Shown here: in pieces, positions 24,922 to 35,744 of the stretch
Layout of the letters: every line of letters begins with the position of its first letter
How positions within the stretch are numbered: the first letter of the stretch is position 1
Made by a program: the position numbers and the translations under genes
Assembly (NCBI RefSeq): GCF_032191835.1
Contig: NW_026799990.1
Span: forward strand, 62,001-126,000
Length of the DNA stretch: 64,000 nt
Source: Heteronotia binoei
Taxonomy: Eukaryota
Direction: 5' to 3'
Notes under the pieces: model-generated
What the model saw: only the letters and a program-made list of their open reading frames with translations
Told to the model about the DNA's origin: nothing
Databases searched by the model: none

Positions 24922-27085
24922 CAGCACAATCCAGAGGGGGAGGGCGGAAAGTCTTTTGGGAGCAGATGAGCCGATACGTGGGCACAGAAAGGGTGTGCAT
25001 CGATCTACGACCAGCGCCACCACAGCGGAGGGGAGGTACGTGGGTGGGGGGCTGCCCAAGTGCCGCTCTGTCTGAGGGAAGCAGTGCCTGAGGGCTGTGC
25101 CCAAGTGTGGGCAGAAGTGAGGCACAGCGTGGTGTTCAGATGGAGGAGGAGGTGGAGTTGGGGGCACGGCCAGGCTTAGGCAGCTTCCTGAGCAGTTTGG
25201 CCCATGACACGCCCCCCACCCGAGAGGTGCAAATTTACACCAGCAAAAATAGCGGCACGGCCCATAGGCACTCGTTGAAACCAAAAACAAGGGTTGCCTC
25301 CGCCGCTGCGGAAGCTCAGAAACCCCTTAGGGAGTGGCGTGATTGCCTCACCAATTTCCTCATGCCTCGGGCTGACAAGCCCCCACCCCAGCACCCAGTC
25401 ACGGTCTCCCCCCTCCTAGAAATACTTCCACTCTGGCCTTGCACAGCTCAGTTGTTAGGGAGAGGAGTGCATGGCAGGAAGTTCTGCCAGCAAGCTCCCG
25501 GCCATACAGACTTAGAGTGAGGGACAGATAGGCACGTTGGTGATGGGTTATGCACAGGGCGGTTGCTTTGAAAGTATCTTTGACTTGCGAGGGGGAGAGA
25601 GAGGTCTCTCCCCTGGGGCTAAGTGCTCTTGTTTCCAGGTCTCCACGGGTTCCGGGCTCCTGGAGGCTCTGCATGCAAGGACTGTTTCCCATGGCTAGAT
25701 AAGTTCCACTGTGTCCCCCCCCCCCAGCCTCTCCCTCCCCTCGCTCTCGACCGCTTGGTGTGCGAGTGTCTCTGGCACTTGAACCAGGCAGTGGGCTCCA
25801 ACAGGGGTCATTTGCTGACCCTGCTCCTCTGTGCTGCCGCCTGCTCCCTTCCCTTGGTCTGCCCTCTGCTGCATTCCCAAGCCCTGGCAGGGCATGAGGT
25901 GTGTGTGTGTGGCAGCTGCTTTGTTATGTGGAGGTGGGTCAGAGACTGTCCCTTTAAGAGAGCGCCGGGCTGAAACACAGCCTGCTCTTCCATCTCTATC
26001 TTCGTTTTGCAGGTGGGACTCCAACACAGAGGCTTCCGCGTGTGCCACTTCACCGCCCCCCCCACTCCCTCAGCTGTTTCTGCTTACCTCTCAGAATGGA
26101 GCCCCTCCCATGGCGAGACTGCCCAGCACACGCCAGGAAGACTGCTGCACTCTGTTCCGGAAAAATAAAGTCTGAGCTGTGCCCTTTGTTATCTCTCCTG
26201 CTTGGCATCTGCTGCACGTTCCTGGGCAACCCCCCCCCCCCCGTCAGTGGCCTCTCCGAGGGAATGCCTGGGAGGGTGGGCAGACTTGGTTTTGGAGGGG
26301 GGAACAGTCTATGAGACGCCACGCTGCCCCCCGCATGGCTGGACAGGGGAGGGGAGTGCCGTCCTTCAGCCTGCCCAGGCTGACAGCCTCCTCGACCCCA
26401 CAGGGCTGTTGTGCACAGGGGGGGCTGATGAAGTGGACTCAGAGTTCTGCGGCTGATGCACTCACACTCTGTGTTCCACGGCTCCCGGGCTGCTCACTCC
26501 CAGACATACATTCCAGCTGCTGCCTATGACAGCGAACTCCTGCACTTCGTACTTCCCGTTTGTCTGCCTGCCATTGGCAGAGTCTCTGACAGCGGGAGGG
26601 TGTGAGAGGATTGATGGCTTCTCTGTGGTCACGTGCGGGCCTGTCTCGCCCCCACCCCCGCCTCGCCACCAAGCCAAGCTTGTCATGTGTGCATGCCCAG
26701 CCTCACTCCTGTTCCCTCCCCATGTTGGTGGGATGTCTCTCCTTTGCCTGTGATGGTCTGCCCATCATTGGCTCCGTTGTCTGTTTGGGGGTGGGTTGGG
26801 GATGGCTATCAGCCTCTCTGGGGCCGCCTCTCCCCATCTCTGTCATGAGCCGCGGCGCATGTGCCAAAACTGGCCAATCGGGGGGGAATTGGGCTGGCCC
26901 TCCCCTCCGGCTGCCTCCGCCTCCCTTGTGCCACCGCCAGCGGCATTGCCATGGTGACCACCTCCCTCCCAGCAAGCTACGCCTCTCCCCTCCCCACGCT
27001 CCAGCATGCTGAAGTCCTCAGGAAGTCTACTAGCAGTATGGCAGCTAAACTGCAGCCGGCCGCTACTTATGTCTGGATTGGGCTG
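24922..27085. mobile_element. Unclassified 2.16-kb GC-rich TIR-bounded element
   Basis: cagcacaatccaga (24922-24935) versus tctggattgggctg (27072-27085) is a 13/14 inverted match. The interior is abruptly GC-rich relative to the flanks. No TSD and no recognisable transposase. Confidence 0.5.
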
Positions 27086-27491
27086 CCCATCTCTAAAACC
27101 AGGATGCTTTTTAGTAAGTCATAATTAAATATGCAAATACACCCATTAAATGTAGACGTGCAATTAAACAAGCAATCAGATATTGAAAATCATTTAAATT
27201 GTAATGGCATGCTTAGATAAATGGCCAGGCCCCCTTCTTCACATAGTCTTCCTGCTCTCTTATACTGTGATAAATAGTCTCTTTAATATCAAAATGCCAC
27301 TAATTGCAATTTTATAATATGAAACAAACGAGTGATATGAAATGATATATCTGATACCTTTTTTGGGAACAGTTTTTCCATCTTTTGTGATCCTAGTTGT
27401 ATTGCATATTGTTGATTTCAAGTCTCACATTGTCTGATTTTATTGTTTTACATTTTCTGATCCACCTTGAATCTCAGCTATATATATTATA

Positions 27492-27692
27492 ACAGCCTGG
27501 ATTGTCCTGACTAGCCTGAATTCACCAGAGCTTGGAAACCATGTTTGTCATGGTTATCATTTGGAAGGGAGACTGCCAACAAGGCCAGGATTGATATGCA
27601 GAGGAAGGCAATGGCAACCAACCTCTGCTCATCTCTTGCCTTGAAAACTCCATGAAGAGTTGCCATAAGTCAGTTGCAACTTGATGAGTCTA
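27492..27692 (+). mobile_element. Degenerate 5S-derived SINE
   Basis: Same architecture as 3940-4330 (...gcagaggaaggcaatggcaacc...ccataagtcagttgcaacttga). Confidence 0.7.
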
Positions 27693-27820
27693 CATAAAAA
27701 CATATAAATAAATAAATAAATAAAATTAGGTCCTTTTTTCTCGTAACAAAGGAAACAGAGCTAATATTTCAGAAAATACAAGCCTATTATCAACAGCACC
27801 TTTAAGACCAACTTAGTTTT

Positions 27821-27873
27821 ATTCAGAACGTAAGCTTTCGTATGTTCTAAGCACACTTCATCAGACGAGGAAT
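27821..27873 (-). ncRNA. Minimal type I hammerhead ribozyme motif (Penelope-associated)
   Basis: Minus strand: ATTC CT CGT CTGATGA A GTGTG-CTTAGAA-CATAC GAA AGCT T ACG TTCT GAAT. All core nucleotides, stem I, stem II and the palindromic stem III are present. Confidence 0.75.
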
Positions 27874-28019
27874 CTGGCACAGTGAGCAGAGCCACACATG
27901 GCTGGTAGGCAATAGCTCAGAATGTAAAATGTTCAAACAGTGATAATATTAGACTTGTGATCAGTTTAGTTTAAATGTTACTGCTGACTTGATGTATAGC
28001 AGTAACAAATATATTCAGG

Positions 28020-28173
28020 TGGGTAGCTGTGTTGGTCTGAAGCAGCAGAACATTTGAGGCCAGTGGAACTTTAAAACCAGCCAAGTTTTATTCAAGGTAT
28101 AAGCTTCTACAGCTTATACCTTGAATAAAACGTTGTTGGTCTTAAATCTGCCACTGGACTCACAATTTGTTCT
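28020..28173. mobile_element. Inverted-repeat Penelope-derived (pLTR-like) remnant forming a hairpin
   Basis: Perfect 21-bp arms 28085-28105/28111-28131 with a 5-nt loop; imperfect pairing extends 28047-28173. Sequence is related to the flank of the hammerhead at 27790-27830. Confidence 0.75.
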
Positions 28174-28215
28174 ACAACAAATACAATTATGCTATGTTAT
28201 GTTATGTTACTGCAG

Positions 28216-28378
28216 ACTAGCTGTGGATGGGCCTTTTGGAGCTGCAGCAACAGATGTCTTTCAATATCAAATCAGCGTATGTATCGCAGCAGGAATTGGA
28301 GTTACTCCCTTTGCTTCCATTCTGAAATCCATATGGTATAAATGTTGTACTCTAAATACAGAGCTGAGTCTGGGAAAG
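28216..28378 (+). CDS. NOX3: NOX3 exon 10 (163 nt), NADPH-binding
   Basis: tgcag|A...AAG|gtaggc. [54 protein letters not shown], with VDGPFG and GIGVTPF motifs. Confidence 0.97.
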
Positions 28379-28993
28379 GTAGGCAATACCTTGTACTTAT
28401 TAATTTCATTTGTAAAGATACCTTCACATTTTTAATAAGTATTCAGGATGTTTATAATAGCTAATACACTGATTCTATTAGATTGTGACATCCTGTATCT
28501 ACCCAAGGAAGGCAGAGCTATATTTCCACCTCTCTGCCAAGGCAAACACTTCTACCAGCACTCAGTCTTACTTATGGCTGGCAACTAGTTGCAATAACCT
28601 GTGATGTATCCCCAAATCTGGTTTTTTTTTTTAAAAAAAAGTTATATTTCTAAAACAGCTTGCCACTTCTCTGCAGATCACTGAGGACTGTGTCACTGGA
28701 ACACTGTTATTCTGTGGCAGTGATCAAACACTGGTGTAATAGTGCTGAAGCCTGATGGTCTGTCTGTATTAAGATTTGGTCTAAATCCTAGTCCATGTAC
28801 ATGAATGGTGCAGAAGCTGATAGGACTCTTCACTTCCATCTACAGCTGGGGAGCAGTTAGAATAGCTGCTACTGCAGTGTGATGATTAGTATATTGACGT
28901 GTACTGGGAAGAGTATACTGAAGTGTACTGTGAGTTCATGAAGCTTCCAGAATTACCTTGGGCCAGTTGCCTTCTTTCACAGCACTAAACTTT

Positions 28994-29469
28994 GGGGAAG
29001 GGTGGTGCTCAGTGGTAGAACATCTGCTTGACACACACAAAGTCCCATATTCAATTCCTAGCATCTCCTGTTAAAAGGATCAGGTGGTAGGTGATGTGAA
29101 AGACCTATGCCTAAGACCTTGGAGAGCTGCTGCCAGTCTGAGTAGACAGTAGTGACCTTGACAAACCATTGGTCTGATTCAGTGTAAACAGAACAAAAAA
29201 TGCCAAGTGATAGATGGCTGGTTTGCTATACAAAGTCCCTAGGCATTTTGCCATGCAAGCTTCATCAGGGGTATCAGAATATTCACCTAGTGCTAGAATG
29301 GTCCACAGCAATGACAAAGCCTGCATCGCAAAACATGTAGGTACTTTGTATGATAAACCAGCCATCTTATCACCTGACATTTTTTTCCTTTTTGTTCTAT
29401 TGGGACATTGCTGAGTGCAGCCCAGGTTTTCTTTACCCTGATTCAGGGTAAGACAGCTTCATGTATTCA
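28994..29469 (+). mobile_element. tRNA-derived SINE with CR1-like tail, interrupted by a palindromic insert (29195-29386)
   Basis: A box ggtgctcagtggtag, B box attcaattcc, tail tgattcag...gcttcatgtattca. The insert has long inverted arms. Confidence 0.7.
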
Positions 29470-30046
29470 AACCTATCTCACAGGGCTGCTGTGAGGACAA
29501 AATGAAAGAGAAGAGAACCATGTACACTGCCCTGAGCTCCTTGGAAAATAAAACAATTAATGAAATAATTAAAGTAGCCATAATAAGTGTTGAGGAATGC
29601 TACTCATGAAATGCCATCACTGTTCTTGTCCACATGAATTCTACCGTTGTTCTAAAACCCACAGATAAAACCAATGGATATTCTAGCTCAAGGCAGACAA
29701 AGTTAGTAAGCTTCAATGCTTAGAGAATGCAATACAACAATTCCAAAACTCTAATGAAAGAAGTTTGGATACCTTAACAAATCAGTGAGATATTTTAGTA
29801 AAGGCCTTGTTTTAAATATATGGAACTGAACTGTCTAAAGTTGAATTCATGATGGTAAATGAGTGTGAAGAAGTGGAGTAATCGGATGACTTAAGGGCAA
29901 AATCTGGAAATTGCCAATCCACACCTGCGTCATCTTGCCTTTTAAAGCTCATTTTTAGTGGTTGTATTCTATAAAATGAATTGCAGAACCCCTAACCTGT
30001 ATTGGTTGTGTCCCTAATTTTTTTCAACTGGTCCTTCCGACAGCCA

Positions 30047-30296
30047 GACCAATTTCCCACTAGCCTCACGCTCCTCTGCGGGGGTTCCATTGGATTTCAC
30101 ATGTTTTTCCCCGGGGCTGCAATTAGCTTTGCCTTTTTCGCATGGCAAACAGAAACTGGTTTTCAGAGGTTTCTGTTTACCGTATGAAAAAGGCGAAGCT
30201 AGTTGCAGCTCCCCAGGGCAGATAGTGTGAACCCCAACAGAGGCCCCGCTGAGAAGAGGAGCGTGAGAGCGGTGTAAGGCAAGTGGGGAAATCACT
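30047..30296. mobile_element. Palindromic MITE
   Basis: ttcccactagcct/aggcaagtggggaa termini and centre aaacagaaac...gtttctgttt. Confidence 0.65.
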
Positions 30297-30536
30297 CCCA
30301 GTCTTTTAAGCCGGCTATTAAGGGATTCATATGTCAGTCCGTGATTTGGGCATGTAGATGCCAAGCTTCAGAGGTTGGATAATACTTCCTTGTTGTCTGT
30401 GTCTTTCTCTACAGCCTGCTCTCTGATGAAAAAAAGAGATTATTTAAGTGGGATCTAAATAGTACTTTTCTCTGTGCCCATATTGTGTGCTCTCCTGCTT
30501 TCTTTGGCTTTACATATCTTAAGTTCTGCTGTCCTT

Positions 30537-31430
30537 CTGAAGAAGACAGAAGTTCTCCACCAGCCTGCACCCCAGGAAGATTATCACCCTCCCTGCATCA
30601 CTGTGGGTGAATCAGTTCTGAAGACAGTCCAGCAGTTCAGCTACCTGGGGTGCATCATCTCCTCAGATGCCAAGATCGACAAGGAGATTGACAACAGGCT
30701 GGCAAAGGCAAACCGTGCATTTGGCCGACTGCACAAAAGAGTGTGGAGCAACAAGCATCTGAAAAAAGGCACAAAGATCAATGTTTACAAAGCGGTTGTG
30801 ATGACAACCCTCATCTACGGCTCCGAATCGTGGGTTTTATACCGTCATCACCTGCGACTCCTTGAGCGCTTTCATCAGCGCTGCCTTCACACCATCCTCA
30901 ACATCCACTGGAGTGACTTTGTGACCAACACTGAAGTCCTCAAGCAGGCAGAGGTTACCAGCATCGAGGCACTGCTGTTGAAGACGCAGCTGCGCTGGGC
31001 AGGGCATATTTCTAGGATGGAAAACCACCGCCTTCCCAAGATTGCCCTGTATGGCGAACTCTCCACCGGCCATCGAAATAGAGGGGCACCAAAGAAGAGG
31101 TACAAGGACTCCTTGAAGAAATCCCTTAGCACCTGTCACATCAACCATCACCAGTGGTCTGACCTAGCCTCAGATCGCAAAGCATGGAGGCACACCATCC
31201 ACCAGGCTGTCTCTTCCTTTGAGAACACACGCATAGCTGGTCTTGAGGACAAAAGGAGATTGAGGAAGAATCGCACTGCTACAGGACCAACCCTAAATCA
31301 GACTTTTCCCTGCAGCCGCTGTGGCCGGACCTGCCTGTCCCACATTGGTCTTGTCAGCCACCAGCGAGCCTGCAGCAAACGAGGACTATTGCACCCTTCT
31401 TAAATCTTCGTTCGCGAAGCCAAGCCGAGA
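30537..31430 (+). mobile_element. RTE-clade LINE, 5'-truncated, young
   Basis: Uninterrupted 288-codon ORF end (LKKTEV...F.YLG...LRWAGH..RM...R.PK...C-x2-C...H-x3-C). Perfect 9-bp TSD gctgtcctt at 30528-30536 and 31431-31439. Confidence 0.95.
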
Positions 31431-31949
31431 GCTGTCCTTATATTGATTTCTTGACCATCTCAGTTGATAGAAGAGCTTTCATTTTGAGCTGGTTCAATGT
31501 ACTACCTACTGCTGTCTTGAATGGGCTTACACTAAAAATCCCTACTCTGATAGGGTTGCCAATTCCAATTCAAGAAATATCTGGGAACTTCGGGGACGGA
31601 GCCAGGAGATATTGGGGTGGAGCCAGGAGCAAGGAGGTAATAAGCATAATTGAACTCCAAAGGAAGTTCTGGCCATTACATTTAAAGAAACTGCACACCT
31701 TTTAAATGCCTTCCCTCCACTGGAAATAATGAAAAATAGGGGCACCTTCTTTGGGGACTCATAGAATTGGACCCCGTGATCCAATCTTTTTGAAACTTGG
31801 CCAATCTGGTATAGCAGTCTACCTCAAAAAACAGCCCCCCTCCAAGGCCCAGATACCTGCAGATCAATTCACCATTACACCCTATGGGAATCAATCTCCA
31901 TGGGGAATAATGGAGTGCCCAGCAGATATTTCCCTCCCCCTCCCCCAAA

Positions 31950-33183
31950 ATCATTAGCATAGGTTCTTGGCCTGTATGTGTCCAAAGTCTGGTCAAAAGG
32001 CCTGCTGCTTTAAGCTGTAAATTAGGCCTCTGGCCTGGAGACTAAGGCTGATTCCGCACTCACCTGATTCCGCACTCAGGGCAGGTTTCCGTTTCCACGC
32101 AGAGCAAGCTGGTGATTTCGCACCAGTTGCTCCACACTGCCATTTTGTGTGGTGCAAACCCGCAATTCCCCCCCCCCCCGCAGTGTAAACCTGTTGTTTT
32201 TTTCAGGTTTACACTGCGGCAGGGCAAATCACAGGTTTGCCCTGGGCAAAATGGCAGCGTGGAGCAACTGGTGTGCAATCGCCAGCTTGGTCAGCACGGA
32301 AATGGAAGCCTGCCCTGGGCCAAGGTGAGTGCAGAATCAGCCTAAGTGTCTGTGCTGGCAGAGATAATATTTGGTATCTGGCCTGCGGTAAAAGGGTTCA
32401 GCTGGGAGTGGTACCAGCTAGTGTTAACTCCCCAATTAAAAGCATCCCATACAGCTGGAGGGGGAGAATCAAGGCCATCCTAAATCACCCCATGTTCAGC
32501 AATTAGCTTGGAGGGTGATCTTATTGCTCTTGGTCCTAATTGGTTGCTGGGGTCCCAGCAACTGATTGAAGCCGAGCATAAAGTTTGGCTACCCAAAGCC
32601 ATCTTTGAGTCTGACTCCACTCAGACTTCCTGCATGTACTTGCGTGTCGTATATTGGTTGTCTGAACTACTTAGGCTATCTGCTATGTCTTCTATTGTGA
32701 TCCTGCTGTGTTTGGCTGAATGCTAAGAACCTTCTATTCTATCCTCTCTCCTGCTAGCTGTGTTTTGGGTAACTATGTCAACTGTGTAGATGTGCTGGTG
32801 AAGTCTAGGTTTGTTATTTTATTTCCTTCTTATAACCATGTTTTATGCTTATTTGCACACAATAAAATATCTCTTATATAGTTAAACATTGTGGAATTTT
32901 TTGCTCTGAAGTCTCAAAGCCTAAATCTAGTGCATAGACTATTGGCTACCTGCTAAAGTGATAACTTCTGTTTGTTCTGCAAGCTTACCTTGCAGGGTTC
33001 TTGTTAGTCTCCCTGTAAGGGCTGGAGAATTCCCCCAACCTCCTGCCTAGTGTGTGTACTTGGGGGGGGGGGGCGCGTCTACTGATCCAGGCTGGACTCC
33101 TGTGGCTTTAAGCACCCTAAAAGGGACTCCCTACCAGGCAGTGGTTAGAGTTGGCTGTTGCCTGGTGGTGTGGTTCCAGGACA
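31950..33183 (+). mobile_element. Solo LTR-like insert inside the hAT MITE
   Basis: ~1.2 kb absent from sister MITE copies. Ends GGACA (TGTCC at 31979); AATAAA near 32862. Left boundary uncertain. Confidence 0.5.
32046..32342. mobile_element. PIF/Harbinger-type palindromic MITE
   Basis: GGCTGATTC...GAATCAGCC termini with 3-bp TSD TAA/TAA. Confidence 0.85.
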
Positions 33184-34456
33184 CTCCTGTTTTCTGATGA
33201 CCCTGAAATGGGGGGAGGGCCTCCAAACTGGGGAATTCCCTGCCCCTACCTGGGGATTGGCAACCCTGTACTCTGAGCATCTATGTGGCTGCAGATCTGA
33301 CTCCATTGAAACTATACAGCATGTACTTTTTTCCTGCCAAAGATATAAGCATCTAAGAACACAGTTCATTGATCCATTAGTTCCCGATCCTGACTTGCCC
33401 ATAGCAAGTAAGCTTCAACTCTTGCTCGGTGGCTCTGATCCAGACATTATAGTTCTACTAGAGAAATTTCTCCTGGGCTTCTTTGGATATAAGCAACATG
33501 AGGTGAACTCAAAGAATCCATGTATTACTAAATAAGCATAATATAGTAAATAAAATAATCAAAAGGGCTAACAAGGAATAAGAATTCTAAATCTGGAAAA
33601 TTAGGTATTGGGCATGTTTTATTGACTGTAATAAACATAGCATTGCCTGAGATAAGTAGAGTATAATTCAGCTGTTGTCAGTCTTGTGACTTTTGCTGTC
33701 GTTAACTTTCTGCTTATTATATTTAGTAAATTTTAACTGTTGTTTTTATTAGGTTTTTTAAATGTTGTGATCTGCCCTGAGCCCATCCTTGGGAAAGAGC
33801 GGATTATAAGTTTCCTAAAATAAAAAAATAAAATAATATTTTATAATGTAAATACTGCATGTGTAATTATATATTTTTGTATATTTTCTTATTTGCTTAA
33901 GATTAATTGGTCTGTGAGCATTAATAAATTAATGGAATGGAATTTTCTTCAACATAGCTCCTCTGCTGCAAAACAGAGAAAATAATGTTGATCTTCCTGA
34001 AAGGATCGTTGTAAGGATAAGTGAGAGATGATGACGAGCTTTTTGAATTATCAAAATGACTGATAGAAGTGCAAACTATGATTATTTTAACTATAAAAGC
34101 CCACCTAGAGAGTTCATGGCTCAGCACTTATTTGGACAACACCTCCTTGGCCCAAGTCCCTCATGCTGTTTTATTACTGGAAGTAGTTTAAATAAAGTTT
34201 CTCAAGATGACTCTTGGAGATAGCCCTTGTTTGTTTGTTTGTTTTAAAATCTGTTTAAATGGTAAACAAATGTGTGCTGGAGTCAGGGAACTCTGAACTG
34301 TCAATGCTGGATAGAAAATCAAGTATAAATTTACACCAGAGCACAGTAGTCTGCTATAAGATTTGCCACTTATCTCAAAATAAATAATTTAGGAACCATA
34401 TAGGATGCCCGATGAAAGCTTGCACTTTGTTGAATTGTTTTACTTTCCCTTGACAG

Positions 34457-34603
34457 GTTTATTTCTATTGGATTTGCCGAGATCCATCTGCCTTTGAGTG
34501 GTTTGCTGATCTCCTGTGCTTGCTGGAAGCACAAATGGCTGAGAAAGGGAAAGCCCATTTTCTAAGCTATCACATATTTCTTACTGGCTGGGATGAAAGT
34601 CAG
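34457..34603 (+). CDS. NOX3: NOX3 exon 11 (147 nt)
   Basis: gacag|GTT...CAG|gtataa. [49 protein letters not shown]. Confidence 0.97.
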
Positions 34604-35224
34604 GTATAAATGAAATCTGATGGGACTGTGTTACTGAATCTTCCTTTTCCAGGGCTGCAGCCTAAGGAACAGTAATCAAATGAATGCTTAATTGCATGAA
34701 GCACAGCTTCCTAAAAGCAAATAGCAGTTATTTGTCTTCTGAAAATGTCTTTTTAAAGTACAGTACCCAAGGAGTCCCAGGGACTCCACATGAGACGTCC
34801 GCTCTGTGCCGCAGTAGCTCAGCACCTGGATTTGCAACAGCTATTACCTGGGCACCTACCAAGCCTTTCTCTCCTCTGTGCATCTCTCATATTCTCTTCC
34901 TACTCATTCCATCTTCTGTTCTCCCTGTGGCTCAGTTACGCCACCAACCAAACTCACTGTTTCTATCACCAATTGTATGTCAGTCTCTACTTCTGGTATC
35001 TATTACCACAGCTCACAGAAAGGCAATGGATGTGTGTATTCAAATATCCACTCCAATCACATATAAAGTGGCACGTTGGTGGATACATGGGGAGAGAGCT
35101 ATTTTTTAAACCCAAAATAGAGTGCATGGATGACGGGAGCAAAATCTCTTCTGACCCCCCTCCTATGCTTTGTTTTTGAAGCTTTTTAAACAGTCAACTT
35201 ATGGCAGCCAAATAGGGTTTTTAA

Positions 35225-35382
35225 AGCAAGAGGTGAACAGAGCTGATCTGCCATTGCCTTCCTCTGCATAGCAAACCACAGCTTCCTTGGTGGTCTCCAT
35301 TCATGTACTAATCAGGGCTGACCTTGTTTAGCTTTTGAGATGTGATATGGGACTGGGCTAGCCTGGGCCATCCAGGTTAGGG
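35225..35382 (-). mobile_element. 5S-derived SINE
   Basis: Minus strand aagctaaacaaggtcagccctgattagtac...ggagaccacc resembles the 5S control region, plus a Sauria-type tail. Confidence 0.7.
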
Positions 35383-35467
35383 TACTAGAAAATCTCTATT
35401 CCTCATGTTTAAGAAAATATAAATGTCATATGAATGCGTGGCCAATCTGGTATAACAGTTAAGGTGT

Positions 35468-35725
35468 GAGAGCCAGCCTGGTGTAGTGGTTAAGAGCAAA
35501 GGACTCTAATCTAGAGAACTGGGTTTGATTCCCCACTGCTCTACATGAAGCCTGCTGGGTGACCTTGGGCCAGTTACAGTTCTCTCAAAACACTCTCAAC
35601 ATGACTTGCCTCACAAGGTAACTGTTGTGGGCAGAGGAAGGGAAGGTGATTGTAAGCCACTTTGAGACTCTTTAGGTAGAGGAAAAGCAGAGTATAAAAA
35701 CCAATTTTGTATCATCTTCTTCCTC
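35468..35725 (+). mobile_element. Squam3-like SINE
   Basis: gagagccagcctggtgtagtggttaag head, B box gggtttgattcc, and ctt tail. Confidence 0.88.
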
Positions 35726-35744
35726 GTCTTTCTTATCACTACAT

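Larger units (their letters stand above)
31551..33268. mobile_element. hAT MITE carrying nested insertions
   Basis: TIR TAGGGTTGCCA/TGGCAACCCTG and perfect 8-bp TSD TACTCTGA (31543-31550, 33269-33276). Confidence 0.92.
31440..33640 (+). mobile_element. Old LINE 3' fragment (C-terminal CCHC) split by a hAT insertion (pieces 31440-31550 and 33277-33640)
   Basis: RRAFILSWFNVLPTAVLNG..KIP continues after the hAT TSD as YSEHLCGCRSDSIETIQHVLFSCQRYKHLR; 3' end tgactgtaataaac. Confidence 0.7.

Noticed and set aside
26425-26460. CTGATGA hammerhead-like start in the GC-rich element
   Set aside because: No downstream GAAA box and no closing stems.
24871-27124. Many overlapping ORFs in the track
   Set aside because: Expected from stop-codon scarcity in GC-rich DNA; no recognisable domain or splice context.
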